64,000 nucleotides of DNA, from the NCBI GenBank assembly GCA_965221165.1, contig CBDCRP010000003.1, positions 1,856,001 through 1,920,000 on the forward strand, read 5' to 3'. A program made the translations under genes and the position numbers. Each line of letters begins with the position of its first letter. Position 1 is the stretch's first letter. Below, piece by piece: positions 55,786-64,000 of the stretch. This stretch comes from a bacterium (GTDB taxonomy: Bacteria > UBA8248). Under the pieces are notes generated by a model, which worked only from the letters and a program-made list of their open reading frames with translations, was not told the DNA's origin and searched no databases.

Positions 55786-56610
55786 ATGAACGAAACATCC
55801 ACATACGACCCGGAAGCCTTTCGGGAATTCGAGCGTACGGGCTGGAACGGCGCTGCGGGAGAATACAACGATCTGTTCGGCGTCATCACCGCGCAGGCGG
55901 TTCCTTCCCTGCTCGACGCCGTGGACGCGCGCTTCGGAACGCGCCTGCTCGACTTGGCCTGCGGGACGGGGGTCGTCTCTGCGGGAGCGCTCATGCGCGG
56001 ATGTACGGTAATGGGGGCGGATTTCGCCCCCGACATGGTAGGCGAGGCCGCCCGCCGCTGGCCGGGGGCCGAGTTCAGGCACTGCGACGCGGAGGAGATG
56101 CCCTTCGAGGATGCGCGCTTCGACGCCGTGGCGAGCAACTTCGGCTTCCTGCACTTCCCGTATCCGGAAGTCGCGCTGGCCGAGACCGCCCGCGTGCTCG
56201 AGTCCGGCGGAAAACTCGCCTTCACCGCCTGGACGCACGACGCGGGCCACCGGGCATTGATGGCGAGGGCCATTCAGGAGCACGGCGATACGAGCGTCCC
56301 CCTCGTGGCCGGCCCGCCCGCCCCGTTCCCCGACGATGATGAAAAATGCGCGCGCGCCTTTGAAGAGGCAGGCTTCACCGCGCCCGAGATCACAGGATTT
56401 ACCCTCTACATGCAGGCGGAAGAGCCCGGCCGGATCATCGAGGTGTTCGAGAAGTCCACCGTGCGCACGGCGTCGCGCTTAAACTCCCAGACGCCCGAGG
56501 CGAGAGAGAGGATACGGGAAGCGTTGGTCGGGATGCTGCGCGAATACGAGCACGACGGAACCATCCAGGTGCCCATGCAGGCCCGGCTCATCTCGGCGCA
56601 GAAGAAATAG
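55786..56610 (+). CDS. Class I SAM-dependent methyltransferase
   Basis: LLDLACGTG, DAEEMPF, FDAV, RVL..GG. Confidence 0.9.
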   Translation: MNETSTYDPEAFREFERTGWNGAAGEYNDLFGVITAQAVPSLLDAVDARFGTRLLDLACGTGVVSAGALMRGCTVMGADFAPDMVGEAARRWPGAEFRHCDAEEMPFEDARFDAVASNFGFLHFPYPEVALAETARVLESGGKLAFTAWTHDAGHRALMARAIQEHGDTSVPLVAGPPAPFPDDDEKCARAFEEAGFTAPEITGFTLYMQAEEPGRIIEVFEKSTVRTASRLNSQTPEARERIREALVGMLREYEHDGTIQVPMQARLISAQKK

Positions 56611-56689
56611 GGGGCGAGGAGCGCGCCATGCGGCGGCTTGCGAGCCTGCACCCCCCCTACCCGGTCCAAAACCCTCTTTATTCATGAAA

Positions 56690-56762
56690 CGCCTTTATTT
56701 TCAAATAGTTAAATTTTCAGATATTTTTCCTATTTTTCGCCTTTTTTCGGATATTTTCACCA
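56690..56762. repeat. AT-rich phased T-tract element, copy 2
   Basis: TAAATTTTCAGATATTTT (56710-56727) and TATTTTCACCA (56752-56762) shared with 2630-2717. Confidence 0.6.
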
Positions 56763-56860
56763 ATTCCCGAGGGAGCTTCGGCGCGAAAGATTTATCCTCA
56801 ATCCCCGAATGAACCAACGAGCGCGCTGCCGTCCCAAGACCGCGCATGAAATTTTCAGGT

Positions 56861-57021
56861 CGTCATTCCGGCGCATGCTGGTGGCAACCGGGAGGTTGAC
56901 CAGAACCACGGGAATGCCAACACCGCAAACCGACCATCAAAACAGATAAAATCAAAAGCAAGGGCAAAGTGAAGTGTCCCGCGTGGGACATTTCTGGATT
57001 CCGGCATGCGCCGGAATGACG
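56861..57021. repeat. Inverted CGTC-type REP pair (REPIN/MITE-like)
   Basis: CGTCATTCCGGCGCATGC at the left end and its reverse complement at the right end. Confidence 0.7.
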
Positions 57022-57072
57022 GCGTAGAAGAAATAGGGCAGTCGCTCTCAACTACCCAAGACCGCGTTTTTC

Positions 57073-57100
57073 GTAGGGGCCGCATACATGCGGCCCCTAC
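57073..57100. repeat. GTAG-type REP palindrome
   Basis: GTAGGGGCCGCAT-AC-ATGCGGCCCCTAC. Confidence 0.8.
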
Positions 57101-57157
57101 GGCAAAGCCATGCGCGGCGATTGCGGGCGGCTCCCGTGATGCAACAAAAGCATCCAC

Positions 57158-58012
57158 CTACGGACTTACGCGGGCGGGCGGCGTCTCGCCGTTCATCCAC
57201 GCGGCGATGGCCGCCACCGTTTCGCGCTCGGCCCCTATGAACCCGTGCGCGCTCATCGCCTGGCAAGGATGGCTCAGCGGCGTGTCTCCCCCGCTCACGG
57301 TAACGAAACCCTTGCGCGGGCTTTTCGTAATCGTGCGGTATGAGGCCACCGCGTCGGGGTAGGTCGTGACCCGGCATTCATCATCCTCATGATGGGCCAT
57401 CAGGACGGGGCTTTCGATGTCCTCCGTATAGAAAACGACGTCCTCCATGCTCGCCGTGAGAACGTAGCCCTTGACGTTCGGGTGCGTCATCACGGACGCC
57501 AGATATGCGACGGACATCGTGCCCCTGCTCGTGCCGATCAGGAACACCTCGCGCGCTCCCTCGCTCACCAGAAAATCCACCGAGGCGCGTATGTCCACAC
57601 GATGCGCCGGGGAAGTCCTGAAAGCATCGTCCAAACCGGAGCTTCTGTCCGAGGGCGCATCGGCGATAGCCGTGACGAACCCCGCCTCGGCGAAGAGCGC
57701 AGAGCTCCTCACCAGAAAATTGGTGTTGAGCCTGAGCCTCTTCCCTTCTTTCCTCGTAATCGGCGTTCCCGAACCGCCCTTGAAGAGAATCACGGCCTTA
57801 TCGCCCGCGTTCGCCGCCCTGGCGATCACAAGTCGCTGCCGTACGCCAAGGCGCGTGGGGAGACGCACGTCCTCCCAGGCGAGCGATGCACCCACCCCGA
57901 AATCGCCGTAGGGCAGGACGTCCACTTTTTCCCGTTCGACTTGCGCAGCTTGCGGCGCACCGACGCCCATAAGAACAAAAGAGAATATCGCCGCCGGAAT
58001 CCATCGCGTCAT
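57158..58012 (-). CDS. Exported alpha/beta hydrolase
   Basis: Signal peptide, LFKGG, NFLVRS, GTSRG, HH.DDEC, C.AMSAHGF. Confidence 0.8.
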   Translation of the reverse strand: MTRWIPAAIFSFVLMGVGAPQAAQVEREKVDVLPYGDFGVGASLAWEDVRLPTRLGVRQRLVIARAANAGDKAVILFKGGSGTPITRKEGKRLRLNTNFLVRSSALFAEAGFVTAIADAPSDRSSGLDDAFRTSPAHRVDIRASVDFLVSEGAREVFLIGTSRGTMSVAYLASVMTHPNVKGYVLTASMEDVVFYTEDIESPVLMAHHEDDECRVTTYPDAVASYRTITKSPRKGFVTVSGGDTPLSHPCQAMSAHGFIGAERETVAAIAAWMNGETPPARVSP

Positions 58013-58105
58013 CTGTGTGCTCTTTCGTAATCCCTCGGCCCGGGGCGCATCAAAGTCGGGGCGATGCCGTGCCCCATGAACCCGGCGCCGACCATGCTTG
58101 TCGTC

Positions 58106-58891
58106 CTATCCCGCGGTATAGCCGCCGTCGGCGTAGAGAATGTGGCCGGTGTAGAAATCAGACGCCCGCGATGCGAGGAACAGGAGCGGCCCTGCCAGAT
58201 CCTCAGGCTCGCTCAGCCGCCCCTTCGGGACCCGGGTCACGATTCCCTCGCGCATCCTGACCGCTTCGGGCGCCTCAGTGAACATCCAGTCCGTCAGGGG
58301 CGAGCGAAAGACGGTCGGCCCAATCGCGTTGACGGTGATTCCCGTCGGGCCCAGTTCGCAGCCCAGCGCTTTCGTGATTCCGTCGACCGCCGCCTTCGAT
58401 GCGCAATAGGCGGTATAGCCTGCGGGGTGGCCGAGCAGCCCGCGCGTCGAGGAGACGAGGACGATCTTGCCGCCTTCGCCCTGCGCCTTCATTTGCCGCG
58501 TTGCGGCGCGCGCCAGCAACCAGGACTGCGTTACGTTGGCGTCCATGACTTCGGCGAATGTGCCGGGCGCCATCTCCTCGATCATCCCTACCTTGTTGAT
58601 GCCCGAGGCGACGACCAGAATGTCGAGTCGGCCGTGGGCCTGGACGGCTTTTCCCACCATGGCGTCCACCGCCGCCTCCGAGTCCGGACGCGCGTTCACC
58701 GCGGCGACCGCTGCCCCGAGCGCCCGGCATTCGCCCGTGACGGCCTCCAGTGCGCCCGCATTACCGGCGACCAGCGTAAGACGGCATCCCGCCTCGGCCA
58801 GGGTGCGCGCGGCGACCGCCCCGAAAGCGCCGGACGCGCCGGTGATCAGCGCAGAGCGTCCGCTGACGTCGAAAAGTTCCGAGGGTTTCAT
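58106..58891 (-). CDS. SDR family oxidoreductase
   Basis: TGASGAFG, SSTRG, YCASK, VNAIGP, DGGYTA. Confidence 0.92.
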   Translation of the reverse strand: MKPSELFDVSGRSALITGASGAFGAVAARTLAEAGCRLTLVAGNAGALEAVTGECRALGAAVAAVNARPDSEAAVDAMVGKAVQAHGRLDILVVASGINKVGMIEEMAPGTFAEVMDANVTQSWLLARAATRQMKAQGEGGKIVLVSSTRGLLGHPAGYTAYCASKAAVDGITKALGCELGPTGITVNAIGPTVFRSPLTDWMFTEAPEAVRMREGIVTRVPKGRLSEPEDLAGPLLFLASRASDFYTGHILYADGGYTAG

Positions 58892-58988
58892 GTCGCGCCG
58901 TCCGGTCCGCCGCCAGGCAGGGCGCGAGAAAACATCGCCCCGGGAATCCATCGCGTCATTCGCGTTTTCTTTCTGCTCATTGTGATTC

Positions 58989-59588
58989 TCACTTGAAGGG
59001 CATGATGGAGCCTGTGCGCTCCATGGGTTTTTCCATGCGCCAGAGCTGTCTTTCGAGTGCCTCTTCCGAACAGGTGGCGAGCATGAGGGAGCGCGCCATG
59101 TGGCGGCTCGGGAGCCTGCGCCCGCCCCGCGTGAGCCGGGAGGGTTCCGCGCCGATGGTGAGGCACTTATCGGGATGCGCCTTGAGGCTCAGGCGGTAGT
59201 TCTCAAAGCGCCAGTTCTGAAGGGCCGTGCCGTCGCACTTTCCGAGCACGAGCTTCGCCCCGTCTGCTGCGGAAGCGGCGGCGACGCACAACCCGTATTC
59301 GGGCATCCTGAGCCGGCCCCTCATGACGGCGGCGGGGTCGAAATGCTCATCGAGGTTCCAGATGCCCTCCTTGCAGGTGTGCGCGACGAGGGCGGCCTCG
59401 GTATTGACGCGGGAGCGGTGCCCCGGAATGTCGACGCAGTGAAACCTCGGCTCATCCAGCGGATAAAACGCTTTAATAAAAACGACGTCCTTCCCGGCGG
59501 CCTGAGCCTGATTCAGGGCGAACGCGCAGAGCACAAAAACCGCCGCCATATACGTCATCACCGCGCACCGAGCGATACGCCGAATCAT
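58989..59588 (-). CDS. Exported ricin-B/beta-trefoil-like protein
   Basis: Signal peptide; repeated C..(L)..C...QxW pattern (CVDI, LCV..C...QNW, KCL..C...QLW). Confidence 0.6.
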   Translation of the reverse strand: MIRRIARCAVMTYMAAVFVLCAFALNQAQAAGKDVVFIKAFYPLDEPRFHCVDIPGHRSRVNTEAALVAHTCKEGIWNLDEHFDPAAVMRGRLRMPEYGLCVAAASAADGAKLVLGKCDGTALQNWRFENYRLSLKAHPDKCLTIGAEPSRLTRGGRRLPSRHMARSLMLATCSEEALERQLWRMEKPMERTGSIMPFK

Positions 59589-59827
59589 CTCCGTCTCCTT
59601 ATCGAGAATGAAGCGGGAGGCAAAGAAATCGTACGCGAAAAGGCTTCCCGGAAAGGATTCTTGAATCTCCACACGGATCATCCCCAGCCATATCGCGGAA
59701 ACTCCTTCCGTTCAAAACGCACCATACTCGAAGGTATAACCCATGCGCCGAGCGGTTCACAATCGCCGCATACCTCGGTCGGCAAACCCTTCTTCCCCGG
59801 TCGAGTTTGACCCTTGCCGGAATAAGC

Positions 59828-59851
59828 GGGCGCTTCACGAAGCGCCCCTAC
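59828..59851 (-). repeat. GTAG-type REP
   Basis: GGGCGCTTC-AC-GAAGCGCCC-CTAC. Confidence 0.75.
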
Positions 59852-59911
59852 GGGCGAGAATCGTAGGAATTGACCCCGCGCGCATTTCCCCGCATTTGCT
59901 CTTCCCGCGCC

Positions 59912-60781
59912 TCAGCGGCCCAGAGCCACGGCCGCCATTCCGGCCACCGTAACGCACACGCCCAGGACGAGCCGGGGCCGCACGCGGGTCATGTCGCGTA
60001 GCATGAGGACCGTGAAAATAACCGAAAAGATCGGCATCGAGGCGATGATCGGCCCGACGACGCTGACCTCGGAGTTGATGATGGCGAGGTTATAAAGCAC
60101 CTGGTTGCCCGAGTTCAGGATGCCGACCAGGATGATGGTCGCCACCGCCCAGCGCGGCCCCCAGTCGAACAACCGGGGCGGGGAGAAGTATCTCAAGCTG
60201 TAGATGATGGGGATGCTCACCATGTTCGACCACGCGACCGTGAGGGCGATGTTCGGCATGGCGTCCAGACCCTTTTTCCGGATGAAAACGCTCACGCCGA
60301 GGGAGAGCGCGCTGGCGAAACCCCAGAGAATCCCCGGCTGAAACCAGCGCCCCCGGCCGGGTTCGTAGCTCACCAGGATGACGCCGGCCATCACGAGGCC
60401 CGTGCCTCCCAGTACGGCCGGGCCGGGCTCCTCGCCGAGGAAAAGCACGGCCAAGGATAAGCTGAGCAAAGGAGAGGTGCTCATGAGCGTCATGAGCCTG
60501 GGCGGTCCGATGGAGTCGATCGCCTTGTAATACACCAGACGCCCGTAGCTGTAGGCGCTGACGCCCAAAAGGGCGAACCAGAGCATTCCCTCGAGCGTCA
60601 CGTCTTCCGGGTCGTATTCCCACCAGCCGAAAAGCGCCAGAACGAGCATGTTGAAGACGTTGGTGAGCAGGGTGGCGGACATCAAACCCATGTGCCGCAA
60701 GGGCCGCGCGGCGAGAACGCCCGTGAACGCCGCCATGATCGCAGCGGCCAGCGCCCAGATGATTCCCAGCGTGTTGTCCAT
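59912..60781 (-). CDS. EamA/DMT family transporter
   Basis: Hydrophobic; IGPPR, LAVLFLGEEPG; paralogue of the next gene. Confidence 0.85.
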   Translation of the reverse strand: MDNTLGIIWALAAAIMAAFTGVLAARPLRHMGLMSATLLTNVFNMLVLALFGWWEYDPEDVTLEGMLWFALLGVSAYSYGRLVYYKAIDSIGPPRLMTLMSTSPLLSLSLAVLFLGEEPGPAVLGGTGLVMAGVILVSYEPGRGRWFQPGILWGFASALSLGVSVFIRKKGLDAMPNIALTVAWSNMVSIPIIYSLRYFSPPRLFDWGPRWAVATIILVGILNSGNQVLYNLAIINSEVSVVGPIIASMPIFSVIFTVLMLRDMTRVRPRLVLGVCVTVAGMAAVALGR

Positions 60782-60788
60782 CGCCGGA

Positions 60789-61664
60789 TCAGCCGTGGCG
60801 GCCGATGCTCACCGCCACGATGCCCACCACCGCGATGAGTATGCCTATCACCACGCGCGCGTTCAGGCGTTCGATGTTCCGCAAGAACAAGGCGGAAAGG
60901 CACAGGGCGAAAATCGGCGTGCTGCTCAGGATGGGAACCGCCAGCGAGAGCTTGCCCTTGAGAGCGAGGTTGATGAGGATTTGCATCAACCCGTTGATGG
61001 TCGTTCCGAAAACCAGCAAGGGAATATAGCGTTTCGACCCCCACTCGAAATAACGCCTGGGGAGGAAATGGCGCAAACCCTCCGAAGTTGGAATGGCGAC
61101 AAATGCCGACCACGCGGTAAGCAAGGCGGGCGCCGCCATGTACGACATGCCCTGTTTTCGCATGAATGCGCTGGCGACCAGCATGAGCATGCTCATGAGC
61201 GACCAGCTTATCCCCGTGCGGAACCACCTTCCTCCCGAGGGCTCATAACTCACGGCGGCTACGCCCAGAACGACGAGAACCGTTCCGGCCAATACCCATC
61301 GTCCGGGTTCTTCTCCCAGAAAAATGACCGCCAGAAACAGGCTGGGAAGCGGAACCATGCTCGTGATGGTGATGTGGCGAGACGGGCCGACGGCGTTCAT
61401 GCCGGTGTAGAACACCCAGCGGTTGATGCTGTAGTTCACCACGCCCAGAACGCTGAACCAGGCGAACGCCTCCCAGCGATAACTCCCCGGCTCATACATC
61501 CAGAATCCGATCCCCCCCAACATCAAGGTGTTGCCGATATTATTGAACTGGGCGAGGGCGAATGAGCCCATCTGCCGCAAGGCGGGCGCGAAGGCGATGT
61601 TCGTCGCCGCGCTGACGAAGGCAGCCGAAATGGCGAGTAGAATGGTTTGGGATTCGAGGGTCAT
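60789..61664 (-). CDS. EamA/DMT family transporter
   Basis: Hydrophobic; VGPSR, LAVIFLGEEPG. Confidence 0.85.
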   Translation of the reverse strand: MTLESQTILLAISAAFVSAATNIAFAPALRQMGSFALAQFNNIGNTLMLGGIGFWMYEPGSYRWEAFAWFSVLGVVNYSINRWVFYTGMNAVGPSRHITITSMVPLPSLFLAVIFLGEEPGRWVLAGTVLVVLGVAAVSYEPSGGRWFRTGISWSLMSMLMLVASAFMRKQGMSYMAAPALLTAWSAFVAIPTSEGLRHFLPRRYFEWGSKRYIPLLVFGTTINGLMQILINLALKGKLSLAVPILSSTPIFALCLSALFLRNIERLNARVVIGILIAVVGIVAVSIGRHG

Positions 61665-61931
61665 GCGCTCATCATTTCAAAAAACTCTCGCTGGTGAGGC
61701 CACGATAGGCTTTTTCATCCGGTGGAGAGCATATCCCTCCGTTTCGCCTGCGTCGACGCGAATAGCCCGAGAATTGTGTGTTTTCAACCGCACGAACCCG
61801 CATCGAGGCGATAATCAAGCTTTTTTCAGCGATTTCGCGATTTTCACGCAGATGGAACTTTGGTATATCTAAAACCAGTGATGTGGTGTTTTTCGCCGCC
61901 AGGATATTTGATGCATAGAGAAGGGAAAAAA

Positions 61932-63413
61932 ATGCGGAATTCTCTCTATCTTCCAAAATTCAAATTGGTGCGCTCCACTTCCTCCCTCATCACGATACTG
62001 TTCGGCCTGGCCTTGCTTTTCGCCCCGCTGGACGCGCAATCCGCCCTCAGCGCAGGAGGGCTGCCGTCCCTGGCCGGATTGGCCGAAAAGCTAAGCCCCT
62101 CCGTGGTGAACATCAGTACGGAAGTAAAGGCTGAAAAGAATCCAAGGAGTAGGTTCCAGGGAAGACCCGGTGATTTATGGAATGAATTTTTCAGGCGCTT
62201 TCATGAAGGGCCCCTGAACCCCGGGCCCAGAGGGGAATGGTTCCCAAACCCCAGGCGCCGCCGGCCAACCCCGAGTCTCGGCTCGGGATTCATCGTTACC
62301 GACACCGGGCTCATCCTGACGAATAATCACGTAGTCGAAAATGCATCGAAAATAACCGTTCGCTTCAGGGACAAAAGAAAGCGAAAAGCGAAGGTCGTGG
62401 GCCGCGACCCCCAAACCGACATCGCGCTGCTTCAAGTGGAAACGAAGCCTGGAGATAGATTCACCACGGTGAAACTCGGGGACAGCCAGAAACTTCGCGT
62501 GGGTGACTGGGTGATGGCCATAGGGAATCCCTTCGGGTTGTCCCACACCGTGACGGCCGGAATCGTCAGCGCCAAAGGACGCGTCATCGGTTCGGGTCGA
62601 TTCGACAACTATATTCAAACCGACGCCTCCATCAATCCGGGGAACAGCGGCGGCCCCCTGTTTGATTTGAACGGCAACGTAGTGGGCATCAACACCGCCA
62701 TCTACAGCAGGGGCGGTGGAAATATCGGCATCGGTTTCGCCATACCGATCGACATGGCGAAAAAACTGATTCCCCAGCTCCGCAAAGGGGTGGTGACCCG
62801 TGGATTCCTGGGCGTGACCATTCAACCCGTCAATGAAACCCTGGCAAAGGAATTGGGTTTGAAGGAAACGCGGGGCGCCCTGGTCTCCAACCTGGTCAAG
62901 GACGGGCCCGCGAAAAAAGCCGGCATCAAAAGAGGCGACGTGATCGTAAGCGTTGATGAGAAGAAGATAGAAACCCCCCGTCAACTCTCCCTGAAGGCAG
63001 CCGATTTAGAGCCGGGCTCCGTGGCCAAAGTCGGCGTCATCCGGGACGGCGAAAAACGCGACATCGAGATTAAAGTCGGCAAGTTGCCCGGGCCGAAGCA
63101 ATTGGCGAAAGCATCCAAACCGGCGTTCCAGAAAAAACTGGGAATCGAAGGGCAAAACCTGACGCCTGAGATCAGAAAACAAATTGGAGCGAAAACGAAA
63201 AAAGGCGTTGTTATCTCCAACGTATTGCCGGATACTCCTGCTTCGGCAGCCGGATTACGTCGGGGCGACGTCATCATCGAAGCCAATCGTAAAATGGTTG
63301 CGGATAAGGATCAGTTGCAAGCAGCGCTCAAAAAGGGAGAAAACAAGGTAAATCTGCTTGTAATCGAGAGGAAAGGCAATACATTCTACGTGGCATTGGA
63401 AGGAAAGGGGTAG
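61932..63413 (+). CDS. degP: DegP/DegQ (Do family) serine protease with two PDZ domains
   Basis: LGSGFI, LTNNHVV, DIAL, QTDASINPGNSGGPL. Confidence 0.93.
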   Translation: MRNSLYLPKFKLVRSTSSLITILFGLALLFAPLDAQSALSAGGLPSLAGLAEKLSPSVVNISTEVKAEKNPRSRFQGRPGDLWNEFFRRFHEGPLNPGPRGEWFPNPRRRRPTPSLGSGFIVTDTGLILTNNHVVENASKITVRFRDKRKRKAKVVGRDPQTDIALLQVETKPGDRFTTVKLGDSQKLRVGDWVMAIGNPFGLSHTVTAGIVSAKGRVIGSGRFDNYIQTDASINPGNSGGPLFDLNGNVVGINTAIYSRGGGNIGIGFAIPIDMAKKLIPQLRKGVVTRGFLGVTIQPVNETLAKELGLKETRGALVSNLVKDGPAKKAGIKRGDVIVSVDEKKIETPRQLSLKAADLEPGSVAKVGVIRDGEKRDIEIKVGKLPGPKQLAKASKPAFQKKLGIEGQNLTPEIRKQIGAKTKKGVVISNVLPDTPASAAGLRRGDVIIEANRKMVADKDQLQAALKKGENKVNLLVIERKGNTFYVALEGKG

Positions 63414-63415
63414 AG

Positions 63416-64000
63416 GTGGCGGAAACGGCCGAGAAACAAGCCGGACTGAGTGAATGCATTATTGCTGCGGCTTCACACATTTGCAGTGAACTGGACGCCA
63501 AGGCAATTTTCATTCACGCCGATGCGATGAAGGAGCTCGACGCCTTATCGGAACTCCCCGTGGGCGTGGAGCATTTCGCCACCACCTGTTCTCCCGACAT
63601 CTATAAAGAACTGGAAAAGCGCGGTTGCCGAGTGATGCAACTACCCGCTTTATCCTTGAACCGAATCGACATCATCAAGATGGGCGTCGTCATTGCTTTG
63701 AGCGAAGGCTCCATCACACAGGACGATACGGTGATTTGTCTTTCGGGTCTTCCTGAAAACGAAGAGATTGACACCCTGATGGTCTTTCATTTAGACCGCG
63801 AAAAGGAAATGATCCAGACATCGGAAACGCAAAGCGCCATTGAAGACGTAGACCCGAAAGTGTTTGAAACGGTCTTGTCGCTCGCTCTGGAACTCGGCGC
63901 CGAGGGGCGGGAAGGAAAACCTCGCGGGGCGCTTTTTGTTTTGGGTGACCATGATCTGGTGCTTCAGTATTCACGCCAACTCGTCATCAATCCCTTTCAT
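63416..64000 (+). CDS. dacZ: DacZ-type diadenylate cyclase (DisA_N/DAC domain), 3' truncated
   Basis: Absent from the ORF track because it has no stop in the window; GTG 63416 frame is open to the end: ...VFETVLSLALELGAEGREGKPRGALFVLGDHDLVLQYSRQLVINPFH. Confidence 0.75.
   Translation, partial: MAETAEKQAGLSECIIAAASHICSELDAKAIFIHADAMKELDALSELPVGVEHFATTCSPDIYKELEKRGCRVMQLPALSLNRIDIIKMGVVIALSEGSITQDDTVICLSGLPENEEIDTLMVFHLDREKEMIQTSETQSAIEDVDPKVFETVLSLALELGAEGREGKPRGALFVLGDHDLVLQYSRQLVINPFH

Overview
GC-rich bacterial chromosome window containing a complete minus-strand rRNA operon (16S-tRNA-Ile-tRNA-Ala-23S-5S, with tandem sigma70-type promoters, boxA and terminator). Housekeeping genes include gpmI, amt, rimO, csaA, ctpA, degP and a truncated DacZ-type diadenylate cyclase. 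Many catabolic and transport genes are present: two hydantoinase/oxoprolinase loci, a LIV-type ABC transporter, a CaiB CoA-transferase, an FAH hydrolase, aminotransferases, SDRs, alpha/beta hydrolases and EamA transporters. The main hidden signal is three genes that the ORF track splits at an in-frame TGA lying in a redox motif, each followed by a SECIS-like hairpin, so they are probable selenoproteins: an AhpD/CMD-like protein (CNYU), a UGSC-family protein (UGSCTSCC) and a PrdB/GrdB-like protein (UPLC). The Sec AhpD-like gene is followed by a close paralogue in which CxxU is replaced by DxxF, suggesting a catalytic/non-catalytic pair. Other notable features are dispersed GTAG- and CGTC-type REP palindromes (a near-identical inverted pair brackets an Mrr restriction gene with an ATA start), a dispersed phased T-tract element, an SDR gene flanked by a duplicated gene start, and a frameshifted Zn-dependent dehydrogenase. 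All calls come from reading motifs by eye; no database searches were run.
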